Shown: positions 55,112-64,000 of the stretch, in pieces
Position numbering within the stretch: the first letter of the stretch is position 1
How the letters are laid out: the number at the start of each line of letters is the position of its first letter
NCBI GenBank assembly: GCA_963733375.1
Contig: CAVTDB010000003.1
Location: 32,001-96,000, forward strand
Length of the DNA: 64,000 nucleotides
Source of the DNA: Nitrospirota bacterium
Lineage (GTDB): Bacteria > Nitrospirota > JACRHJ01
Reading direction: 5' to 3'
Position numbers and translations under genes: made by a program
Notes under the pieces: model-generated
The model's database searches: none
Told to the model about the DNA's origin: nothing
Seen by the model: the letters and a program-made list of their open reading frames with translations, nothing else

Positions 55112-57775
55112 TCAATTACCTCCATAACGATTGAAGAACCAGGTTTTCACCCGATGGGTCAATACGGCGTATGTCGCCAGGAACAACATTATCCATAGCC
55201 AGTAGACGCCGGGCAGCGGGACCATCCCCAGAGTCCGCCGCGAAAGGCGAGTAGGGCAGCCACGCCCCGATGGCCATGATGGTCAGCGTGGTCATGGTCA
55301 AATGCAGGGAGGCCCGGCTTCCGAAGAAAGGCACCCGCCTTGTCCTGATGATGTGGACGATCAGCGTCTGGGTCAGCAGCGATTCCACGAACCATCCCGT
55401 CTGAAAGAGCTTCGCCAATGACCCCTTTTGCAACGGGCTCGCCGCGGGATCGCAGAAAGACATTGCAGCGGAAGAAGAACCACATCAGGGCGAAGGTGGC
55501 GTAATCGAAGATGGAGCTGATCGGCCCGATGAAGACCATGAACCGCTTGATGTTGGCGATGTCCCATTTGAGGGGCCTTGCTGATAAGCTCCTCGTCCAC
55601 GTTGTCCGTCGGGATGCCGGTCTGGGAGAAGTCGTAAAGCAGGTTGTTGGTAAGGATCTGCACCGGCCGCATCGGAAGGAACGGCAGCAGGTAGCTGGCG
55701 CCGACCACGCTGAACATGTTGCCGAAATTGGAGCTTGCCCCCATGCGGATGTATTTGACGATGTTGGCGAAGACCCTCCGGCCCTCCATGATGCCCTCTT
55801 CCAGGACAAGAAGGCTCTTCTCCAGGAGCACGATGTCCGCCGATTCCTTGGCCACGTCCACGGCGGAATCCACCGAGATGCCGACGTCGGCCGCTTTCAG
55901 CGCCGGGGCGTCGTTGATGCCGTCCCCCATGAACCCCACCACGTGGCCGTTGTTGCGCAGGGCTTTGACGATCTGCTCTTTTTGCGCCGGGGACAGCTTT
56001 ACGAAGACGTTGCTTTCCTCCACCGTCTTTGAAAACTCCTCCGGCGAAAGCTGCGACAGCTCGGCCCCCGTAACCATCCGGTCCACATCGAGGCCCACGT
56101 CCCGGCAGACCTTCTCGGTCACCAGGCCGTTATCGCCGGTCAGGACCTTGACCGGTACTCCGGCTCCGGACAGAAGCCGCGAGCGCCTCGGTGGCGGAGT
56201 CCTTGGGCGGGTCGAAGAACGCGATATAGCCGAGCAGGATCAAGCTGGCTTTCGTCATCGACCGTGAAAACGCTCTTGTCGCGCGGGAACTCCCGATAAG
56301 CGATTCCCAGCACCCGGAAACCGTCACGGTTGAGCCTCTCGTACTTCCTCGAACAGGTCCCCGCGGATCATGTCGATCAGGGGGTAGATCTCTTCATCGA
56401 TCTGGTAGCGTCTGCAACACGCGTAAATTTCTTCCACCGCGCCCTTGCAGATCAGCACATGGTCCCCTTCATAGTCCACCACCACGGACATGCGGCGGCG
56501 CTGGAAATCAAATGGAAGTTCGTCCACAAGCCGGCAGTCGTGTTCGACATCCAGGTCGGCATGGTCGATGACCGCGCAGTCTATCAGGTTGCGCAGGCCG
56601 GTCTGGTAGTAGCTGTTGAGATAGGCGTAGTTAAGAACCTCTTCGCTGGTGTGTCCGACGATATCCACATAGTGCTCCAGGACCACGCGGTCCTCGGTCA
56701 GGGTCCCTGTCTTGTCCGTGCAAAGGATGTCGATGGCCCCGAAGTTCTGGATAGCCGGGAGCCGCTTGACGATGACCTTCTTCTTGGCCATGGTCAGCGC
56801 CCCTTTGGCCAGGTTGACGGTGACGATCATCGGCAGCATTTCAGGGGTAAGGCCGACCGCGATGGAGAGACCGAAAAGCAGCGCCTCCAGCCAGTTGCCT
56901 TTGGTCAGGCCGACGATCAGGAACACCGCGCAGACCATCACCACCATGAACCGGATCATGAGCCAGGTGAAGGAACGGACTCCCCGGTCGAAGCTGGTTT
57001 CCTCGCGCTTTTCCGACAGCCGCTCCGAGATGGCGCCGAACAGGGTGCGGATGCCGGTGTTCACCACGACGCCCTTAGCCGTGCCGCTGGTGACCGAGGT
57101 GCCCATGAAACAGGCGTTCGGCAGTTCAATGGCGGACTGGCAGGATAAGCCTGCGCTTGCAATCGTTTTCTCGACGGGCATGGATTCCCCGGTCAGCGTC
57201 GACTCGCTGACGAAGAAATCCTTGACGGCGATCAGGCGCAGGTCCGCCGGAATGATGGAGCCGGCCTGCAGGAGCACGACATCGCCGGGAACGATTTCGG
57301 ATATCCTGACCTCGGACGCCGCCCCGTCCCTCAAGACGAAGGTCCTGGACTGGACGCGCTTGCCGAGGGTTTCGACCGCCCGGCTGGACCGGCGGTCAAG
57401 GATGTAGGACAACCCGACGCTTAGAAGTATCATCGCGCCGACGATGACGGCGGATTTCCACTCGCCTATGAGCCCCGAGACCGAAGCGATTATCAGGAGT
57501 TGAACGATCAGCGGGCTTCTCAGGCGGCGAAACATGTCGGCCCCGAAACTCAACCGCTTGAGATGAGACAGCTCGTTGGAGCCGTACTCGTTCAGGCGGC
57601 GTTCCGCTTCTTCGGCGCTCAACCCCTGAAGAGTGGTTTTGAGCGTAGCCAGCGCCTCCTGGATGGGCGCCGCGCAAAGCTCCGCCATCTGCCGTTCGTG
57701 GCCGTTCAAACCGCGCTGTCCGTATGGTTGCGCCTGTGAGACGTTTGAGAACTTCGTGAACAAACCTTTTCTCAT
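55112..57775 (-). CDS. mgtA: Mg2+-translocating P-type ATPase (frameshifted)
   Basis: [42 protein letters not shown] and FQTGWFVES. Confidence 0.93.
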
Positions 57776-57892
57776 GGCGCAACCCTCGAGTTCAATGGTG
57801 GTGTTGCTTGACTTAGGGGCGGGTTGGCAGGGCATCGCTATGGACCGCGACACCGCGCATGCCTTAATGGAAAGAAAAAATAGCCGAGATCC

Positions 57893-58273
57893 TCATCCGC
57901 CGGCCGGGCGTTTAAAAAACAGCTTTAACAATTCCCCTTTGGGTTCGTATACAACGCTGACAAGCTCCCATCCCTCCGCGCCGAGGGCGTTGATATATTC
58001 CGGCAGTTCGCTTACCTGCCCTTTATCCTTGAATTTGCCGATCGCCTTGATTGCAATATTCCGTGAACTGGTTATCCAGTGGGATGCATCTTTCGCGAGC
58101 TTCCTGAATTCCTCCTCGCCCATCCCAATATTTATAAATCCCTCGTAAGACAGGACCTCTTTGTATTCCCACCTCTTCACTGAATGAAAAACCTCTTCCC
58201 TCGTATCCTGGATGAGCGTATTAATGCCGGAAGCCTTGAAAGGGTCCTTGCCCAACCGCGCCTTATCCGTCAT
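57893..58273 (-). CDS. Small ParA-partner-like protein with DUF4177-like C-terminus
   Basis: N-terminal KARLGKDPF; WEYK...INALGAEGWELVSV..FFKRP; overlaps the parA stop. Confidence 0.65.
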   Translation of the reverse strand: MTDKARLGKDPFKASGINTLIQDTREEVFHSVKRWEYKEVLSYEGFINIGMGEEEFRKLAKDASHWITSSRNIAIKAIGKFKDKGQVSELPEYINALGAEGWELVSVVYEPKGELLKLFFKRPAGG

Positions 58274-59044
58274 GGCTTACCCCGTTGTAAAATTTCCTTG
58301 CAAAGGTTCATATAGTCTTCCGCCCCGGCGCTTCCAGGCCTGTATTCAAATATAGTCTTTCCGAAACTCGGGGCCTCCGCCAGGGCTATATTATCTCTTA
58401 TGAGGGTGCCAAAGAGCTTGTTGCCGAAACTCTCCCTGATTTTCTCCACTACTTCCTGGTTCAGTTTTTTACGGCGGTGGAACCGCGTGCCTATTATGCC
58501 TGTGATATCAAGCCCCGGGTTTAACCGCCTCTTTACAAGCTGGACCGTTTCCACCAGCTTGGCCATACCCTGTAACGCCAGATACTCCGTCTGCAATGGG
58601 ATGAACGCTTCCTGCGCGGACGTGAGGGCGTTTAGCGTGAGGACGCCGAGGCTCGGAGGGCAGTCCATAAGCACGAAATCGTATCCAGCCGAGCCCTTCC
58701 AAAATTTCTTTGAGTAAAAATTCCCTTCCCGCCATCCCGGAGAGCTCTATTTCAGCCCCTGAGAGGTTTATGCTGGAAGGGATAACATCGATAAACGAAC
58801 TGGAATCCGGGATTTTACGCTTAAAAACCACTTTATCCAGTTTTGATTCGCCTTTTAAGAGCTCGTAAACAGTCAGTTTTAGCTCATGGGCCGGAATACC
58901 AAGCGAATAGGTAAGCTGCGCCTGCGGGTCGAGGTCGACCAGAAGGATTTTTTTACCCAACTGCCTGAGCCCGGCGCCAATATTTACCGTGGTTGTAGTT
59001 TTACCTACACCACCTTTCAGGTTCACTAAGGCTATGACCCGCAC
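58270..59044 (-). CDS. ParA/Soj-family ATPase (frameshifted)
   Basis: KGGVGKTT, VDLDPQ, DCPPSLG and LAEAPSFG. Confidence 0.9.
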
Positions 59045-59058
59045 TGGCCGCGTCCTGT

Positions 59059-59661
59059 TTATGCGCTTTTCCTCTTAGGAAGCGCGGCGCTGGCCACCTC
59101 TTTTACGCTGCCCTCCACTCCGACGAGTATGTCCCGTACGGCAGCTACGGCAGTGGTTCCGAGCGAGCCCGCAGCCTCGATAGCGCCGCGCACCGCGGAA
59201 ACCGCAACGCCTACCACGTTCCCGCCTACCTCGCTTGCGGCCTCGATAACCCCGTCCACTGCGCCCTTTGCCACAATGGCGACATCCGCGCCGACTTCGG
59301 CGGCGCCCTTAACGGCGCCTCTTGCGGTCTGGCTTGCGGCCGTGACAACGTCTCCGCTAATATCGCTTATCCCCATCACGGCGCCTTTAGCGACGTTTCT
59401 CGTGCTGTTGATAAGGTTCGCGCCTACTTCCTCGGAGGCCTGTATCGCCCCTTTCAGGACATCCGCAGTCACGTTGACGGCATCGTCCGCCACCGCGCCG
59501 GTGGCTTTGAGTGTGTTTGAAACCGTATCGCGCACAAGGGTCACTATCTCCGCCTCAATCTCGTTCAGCCCTTGCAGGCTGGACGCAATCTCTCCTTTTA
59601 CGGTAGTGCCTGCCTTTCCTAACGCTTCCCCGCCATGACTCAACGCCTTTTCCCTTGGCAT
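59059..59661 (-). CDS. Ala/Val/Gly-rich protein with 22-aa amphipathic repeats
   Basis: Units VLKGAIQASEEVG, VAKGAVMGISDIS, TARGAVKGAAEVG, AVDGVIEAASEVG and AVRGAIEAAGSLG at 22-aa spacing; GGAGG RBS. Confidence 0.75.
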   Translation of the reverse strand: MPREKALSHGGEALGKAGTTVKGEIASSLQGLNEIEAEIVTLVRDTVSNTLKATGAVADDAVNVTADVLKGAIQASEEVGANLINSTRNVAKGAVMGISDISGDVVTAASQTARGAVKGAAEVGADVAIVAKGAVDGVIEAASEVGGNVVGVAVSAVRGAIEAAGSLGTTAVAAVRDILVGVEGSVKEVASAALPKRKSA

Positions 59662-59790
59662 ATCATCCTCCCGATTTTTTAACGTACATAGTTATAAGTA
59701 TATAGCATTACTCAGCCTTTTGAAGGCTGTATCCCTCTTTTTTTCATTATTTGTCTATATCGTTTGATAGGCGTTCAATTTTGACCCGGC

Positions 59791-60762
59791 CTATTCTTCC
59801 ACCATCCTCCAGGTCTGGTCCGGGTCGTATTCCTCCATTTTGCGGGCAATCTCCTCGGTTTTCGGCCCCAGGTCCTTCTGATATACCCTGCCGCGCTGGT
59901 TCACGATGAAGGTCATCACTCCCGAGACTCCCCACCGGGCGGGGTAGGCGACCAGCGCATGGCCCGCCACCATGTTGCCGTTAACGATATAGCTGAACTT
60001 CCCGCCCGGGGCGCTTGGCCCCTGCCGCTTGAGCATCCGGAAATAGTAGCCGTGGAAAGGCCGGGGGCCGCTCTCGCCCGCGTTGCGCTTTCCCATGTAC
60101 CCCTCTTCCTTGGCCTTGGCGACCAGCGGGCCGAGCGGGCTCTCTTTCTCTCCGTCTGCGGTCGGCCAGTAGAGGCCGTCCTTTCTGCCCGGAGAGCTGA
60201 TCATATGCTGGGCGTACTTGGGGATCTGTACGCCGTCCGGCTCCGGCATGTTGTAATATTCCCGTTGCGCCTCCACGTAGGCGCGGCAGGCATTGATCGC
60301 AAGCAGTTCGTTGTGGCCTATGCGCCGGTTTAAAATCTCTTCGCGGCCCGCCTCGGTGTCAAATATCCAGGTGTCTCCTTTTTTTACTATCGGCACGGGA
60401 AACGGCCATTTTTTAGCGCCGATAACAAGGGTGAACCTGGTCTGCCCTTCCTTGACAAGCTCCGCGCCTTCCAGCACGTGCTGGGCGAAATGCTCGAACT
60501 CGGAGGCCTGCTCCACCGGGTCGCCCGGCTCAAGCTCGCAGGCGACCGGCCCGAAAATCGCCCTCACGGCCTCCTGGTCATTTGCCTTAGCCGCCGCAAT
60601 CAATGCCTGGCGTACCTCCTCGGGCGAGGAAAAAACCCGTTGGGCAGGGCAGGGCTGGGCGGCAAGGCTGACGGCCGGAAGCGCCGCCATCACCAGCAGC
60701 ACGGCTGCCATGCAGCAAAATTCCGCGCATCGGGAAAGAAACTTTTTAATATCCTTCATCAT
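59791..60762 (-). CDS. DUF2950 family protein
   Basis: WPFPVPIVK, EEILNRRIGHNEL, DGLYWP, SPLGPL, PFHGYYF and GVMTFIVN. Confidence 0.9.
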   Translation of the reverse strand: MMKDIKKFLSRCAEFCCMAAVLLVMAALPAVSLAAQPCPAQRVFSSPEEVRQALIAAAKANDQEAVRAIFGPVACELEPGDPVEQASEFEHFAQHVLEGAELVKEGQTRFTLVIGAKKWPFPVPIVKKGDTWIFDTEAGREEILNRRIGHNELLAINACRAYVEAQREYYNMPEPDGVQIPKYAQHMISSPGRKDGLYWPTADGEKESPLGPLVAKAKEEGYMGKRNAGESGPRPFHGYYFRMLKRQGPSAPGGKFSYIVNGNMVAGHALVAYPARWGVSGVMTFIVNQRGRVYQKDLGPKTEEIARKMEEYDPDQTWRMVEE

Positions 60763-60828
60763 GCCTGCTTCCCTTTCTTAATAAGGCATGCACGCCGGAT
60801 GCCCGGCCATTGAAGCCGATGTTTCTGT

Positions 60829-62028
60829 CTACCGCCGGCCGCCGCCGCCCCCACCGCCCCCGAAGCCGCCACCGCCGCCTCGACCGCCACCACCGCCTCC
60901 GCCCCCGCCGCCACTGCCGCGACCGCCCCCGCCACCGCCGCCGCCGCCACGACTGCCGCCTGAAGTTGCAGGTTGCCGGCTTGGAGCAGGCCGGTTAAAC
61001 TGCTGCATATTCTCGCGGCTGGTCTTGCCGCGCTCGCGGTAAGTTGCGGCGTCCCCGCTGGTGCCATAGCCGCCATAACCCGAAACTGACGCAGGTTTTT
61101 TTGTCTGTACGTCCCGGCCACGGTACACGTCGCTGTTATCAGTGCGTACCGGCGGGCGGTTTCCGGTAATGGCCGGACGGGGCTGCGTAACCTTGGCCGG
61201 GGACGCAACCTTGCCGGTAAACTCACGGCGCTTCTGCACATCACGGCGGAGCCCCTCACGGTAGCCTGCCGTATCGTGCCGCGTCACCTTCCTGTTGACG
61301 TCGATGACGGAGTATCTGTCGTTTATGTATCTGTTGTTCCGGTCATGGATGTGCGGCCGGAAACGGCCAATCCAGCCGCCGCCCTGCCAGCCGTGGTAAT
61401 GGATGCGGTGCCCGTGCCAGTCGCAGTCGCGGTTCAGCCAGACTCCTATCGGCAGCCCGATGCCGAAGGTAATGAACCCGTAGGACGGGGGTTCGAAGTA
61501 CACCTCCATGGGGTCGTACTGGGGCACATAGATTACCTCGGGCTCGACCGGAACGATGCTGATAGTCCCATCTTCATTATTGATCACCTGCTGCTCCGGG
61601 GTGGAGACCAGGTTGCCCTCCGCCAGCGCCTGCGCGCGCAGCCGCTGGATCGAATCGAACACGTCGTCTTGCTGGTTGACGAAGGCCTGCCCCAAAGAAA
61701 CAGTCCAGTCGTATTTCTGGTCCATCATTAAAAGGACGCTGGGGTAGTGGGCCACGGCCCTGACGCTCACGTCCCAGGGCTGGTCGTCAACCTGGGCCGA
61801 GTTCCCGTACTGCCCGACGTAGCGCGCCGCTTCGTCGATCTGGTCGATGAAGGTCGCGGCCGGCAGCATCTGGGCGAGAAGCGGGTCCGGGTAGAGGGCG
61901 ATAGGGGCTAACATGTCGTCAAGCTCGTCCGCGTTGAACGGGATATAGTCGTCGGCCCACGCCGTATGCCCCGCGACCATGCCCAGAAAAAGGAGCGCGA
62001 CGGGTATCGTGATAAGAAATTTTTTCAT
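60829..62028 (-). CDS. DUF3300 family protein with Gly/Arg-rich tail
   Basis: LAPIALYPDPLLAQ, WDVSV, LGQAF..QQDDV, IQRLR and YVPQYDP. Confidence 0.9.
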   Translation of the reverse strand: MKKFLITIPVALLFLGMVAGHTAWADDYIPFNADELDDMLAPIALYPDPLLAQMLPAATFIDQIDEAARYVGQYGNSAQVDDQPWDVSVRAVAHYPSVLLMMDQKYDWTVSLGQAFVNQQDDVFDSIQRLRAQALAEGNLVSTPEQQVINNEDGTISIVPVEPEVIYVPQYDPMEVYFEPPSYGFITFGIGLPIGVWLNRDCDWHGHRIHYHGWQGGGWIGRFRPHIHDRNNRYINDRYSVIDVNRKVTRHDTAGYREGLRRDVQKRREFTGKVASPAKVTQPRPAITGNRPPVRTDNSDVYRGRDVQTKKPASVSGYGGYGTSGDAATYRERGKTSRENMQQFNRPAPSRQPATSGGSRGGGGGGGGGRGSGGGGGGGGGGRGGGGGFGGGGGGGGRR

Positions 62029-62348
62029 TTGTCCCCCACGAAATTGGTGCGTCTTGCCGGGCTGTTACACTTAATTAGTATACCAATAAAAAAACATCCA
62101 ATGGCTTTCGAGCAAACTCAATCTCCCCTTGTTCAGTTGACGTTTTTCAAATAAAAGAGGTTACGGAAATTCCGGAACCTCTGGATTTTATGCCAGGCGA
62201 TACTGGTTTTCGAACCAGTGACCTTGGCTATGCGGGCACTGGATAATATTTAAAAAACCGCATCTTCGTACTCTGCCCCGATCCTCGCCATCAAGGCCTC
62301 GGTTTACATGTCCCCGTCCTGCCCCAGTGTCCCGTCCTGGTAATTTAT

Positions 62349-62377
62349 AAAAAAAAGGGGTTGCGATGTGCAACCCC
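62349..62377 (-). terminator. Rho-independent terminator
   Basis: GGGGTTGC/GCAACCCC hairpin followed on the minus strand by a T run, downstream of the SYLF gene. Confidence 0.75.
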
Positions 62378-62396
62378 CCCTTGAGCTTAGTCAAGC

Positions 62397-63089
62397 TTAA
62401 TCCTTCATGGAACGCCTTTCAATCATGGCGCATATCCGCCCGCCTTTCGACGGCCCCGCGCCCGAGATAAGTATGTCCGCAGGGCTCACGGCCTTTCCGT
62501 AATATTTGGCGTTATCTTCCCCTTTCGCCGCCACAACCCCGCCTTCAACGGTCAGGCCCGCAAAGGCGCCCTTGGCCCTTACAAACGCGATGAAGGCAGC
62601 GGCCGTCAAAGGAGATGCCTCACCCGCCGTGCCGACGCCGACCGGCCCGGCAGCGATTGAAGCGTCCGCCCCGAGCTTGAACTGGGGCGAAAGCATCGCA
62701 TTGACCGCCTCGTTAGTCATTGCGAGGATTACAACCTCCGCCTTCTCGGCGCCTATCTGAAGGCCGTAAGTGACGGAACCCATCCCGTAAAATGCCGGGC
62801 CCCTGCACTCGCCGGTTTTCTGGTCCACAGAGAAATAGACGCCGCTTCCGCCCGAGCCGCCGAGTATTAACCCCGCCTTCACCAGGCTCGGTACTATCAA
62901 TACCCCCTTCGCCTTGGGCAACTCTTCTCTAAACCAGGCCATTTCAGGGGCTTTTTGAAAATCCCTGAGTGTTATCTGTGCCTGGTCGACCAGCACCTGC
63001 TGCTCGTTCGGCTCCGATGCATATGCCGGAAACGCTAAGCCGGCGGCCAGCATCGTTACACCAAAAAAGGCCAACAATAGTACTTTCAT
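62397..63089 (-). CDS. Lipid-binding SYLF (Ysc84) domain protein
   Basis: Signal peptide, AKGVLIVP..KAGLILGG, GLQIG, LGADASIAAGPVG and KGAFAG. Confidence 0.88.
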   Translation of the reverse strand: MKVLLLAFFGVTMLAAGLAFPAYASEPNEQQVLVDQAQITLRDFQKAPEMAWFREELPKAKGVLIVPSLVKAGLILGGSGGSGVYFSVDQKTGECRGPAFYGMGSVTYGLQIGAEKAEVVILAMTNEAVNAMLSPQFKLGADASIAAGPVGVGTAGEASPLTAAAFIAFVRAKGAFAGLTVEGGVVAAKGEDNAKYYGKAVSPADILISGAGPSKGGRICAMIERRSMKD

Positions 63090-63399
63090 GGTTACCTCCG
63101 CAAGAAGGTCCTTATCAGTAACTGTATCTAATAGAGTAGCACTTTTTTTCAAAAGTGCTTGCTTAGTGCTGAACGGCGCAATAATAATCCACTTTAAGGG
63201 TAATCGGCGCCTAAAATTGCCACACACTTTACAGGGGTATAAATTAAATTCCTTGCATTTAATCTTAAAAGAAAATAACATGATAACAATTGTCCATTAG
63301 AATAATAAGGCCCTGCCGGACAAAACAGACCTCCTGCGCGCAAGTTTTAGTTCATCCAGTCATTCGTAAGGGCGCTGGCCGCGACAAAAGGAGCTTCCA

Positions 63400-64000
63400 A
63401 TGATATGCCCTAAATGCGACCTACATTTCGGAGAAGACAAGAAATTCTGCCGCAACTGCGGGACACCCCTCGTCAGCGACCAACAGGGTAAGAACCTCAG
63501 AAAAAAACCCTTCTTCACCGGTTTTGCCGTATTCGCGGCGGTATTCGCGATACTCTTAGCCGGCACCATATTCTCGGTTAAATACTTCCTTCCCGGCGAG
63601 CGGCTTGCCGCCCACTTCAATACACCGGAAAAACAGGCGTGCAACGTCGCGGCGCCGGCCGACTTGTCGAAACAGGTGCCTAAATATGATGATATAACGT
63701 TCAGGCATGAACACGGGCGCGGCAAGGCGCAAAAGAGCGGGAGCCTCCTGGTCAAAACCGATGGCGGGGAGTACGAGACCACTGCGGCGCTTATCGAGGA
63801 CGGAAGCGACAACCTGGGCCTGAGGATCGGCATTAAACCAAATGACGCTGTATTGTTCTTTGACGGCCAGATGCGCGGCTATGCGCCGCTGGAAGTAAGG
63901 GACCTCCTGCCCGGAAAGCACGTCATCGGGATAACCAAACCCGGCTACAAGACGAGGAACATAACCGTGAACCTCGTGAGCGGCGTTGACAAGGAGTGCA
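63400..64000 (+). CDS. Zinc-ribbon + TM + PEGA domain protein (partial, runs off the window)
   Basis: My translation: MICPKC...FCRNCG, a TM segment, then PNDAVLFFDG..GYAPL..LLPGKHVIGITKPGY. Absent from the ORF track because there is no stop. Confidence 0.75.
   Translation, partial: MICPKCDLHFGEDKKFCRNCGTPLVSDQQGKNLRKKPFFTGFAVFAAVFAILLAGTIFSVKYFLPGERLAAHFNTPEKQACNVAAPADLSKQVPKYDDITFRHEHGRGKAQKSGSLLVKTDGGEYETTAALIEDGSDNLGLRIGIKPNDAVLFFDGQMRGYAPLEVRDLLPGKHVIGITKPGYKTRNITVNLVSGVDKEC

Noticed and set aside
57776-57890. MgtL-like leader peptide or Mg2+ riboswitch upstream of mgtA
   Set aside because: No separate Pro-rich short ORF with an RBS and no recognisable M-box structure.
60788-61042. Poly-proline ORF on the + strand
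   Set aside because: It is the antisense shadow of the DUF3300 Gly-rich tail.

Overview
GC-rich (roughly 55-60% by eye) bacterial chromosomal window, probably from a Nitrospirota- or Desulfobacterota-like organism (inferred from gene content only). Many genes carry single-base frameshifts, most likely uncorrected long-read errors. Left to right: msrB; a desaturase / ArsS-type radical SAM / fused glycosyltransferase cluster of arsenosugar type; an RND efflux trio; a lexA-dinB cassette with a candidate operator; csp; doxX; an N-type ATPase operon followed by a tRNA 3'-end remnant; an orphan kdpE; a large PAS/GAF hybrid kinase; a corrinoid protein + MT2-like + RACo operon coupled to a phosphorelay; a sigma54-driven DUF11 surface-fibre operon; an aldo/keto reductase; mgtA with a PTS-EIIA gene; a ParA + partner + amphipathic-repeat trio; DUF2950, DUF3300 and SYLF genes; and a partial PEGA protein. 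Best candidate for a new system: the DUF11 operon (36442-50530). Its subunits start with an Asn-bearing beta-hairpin and end in a DUF11 domain lacking exactly that hairpin. This predicts a sortase-free fibre built by donor-strand complementation and intermolecular Lys-Asn bonds, with tip, shaft, chaperone and outer-membrane anchor. Second candidate: a corrinoid-based sensory module (28265-36353).
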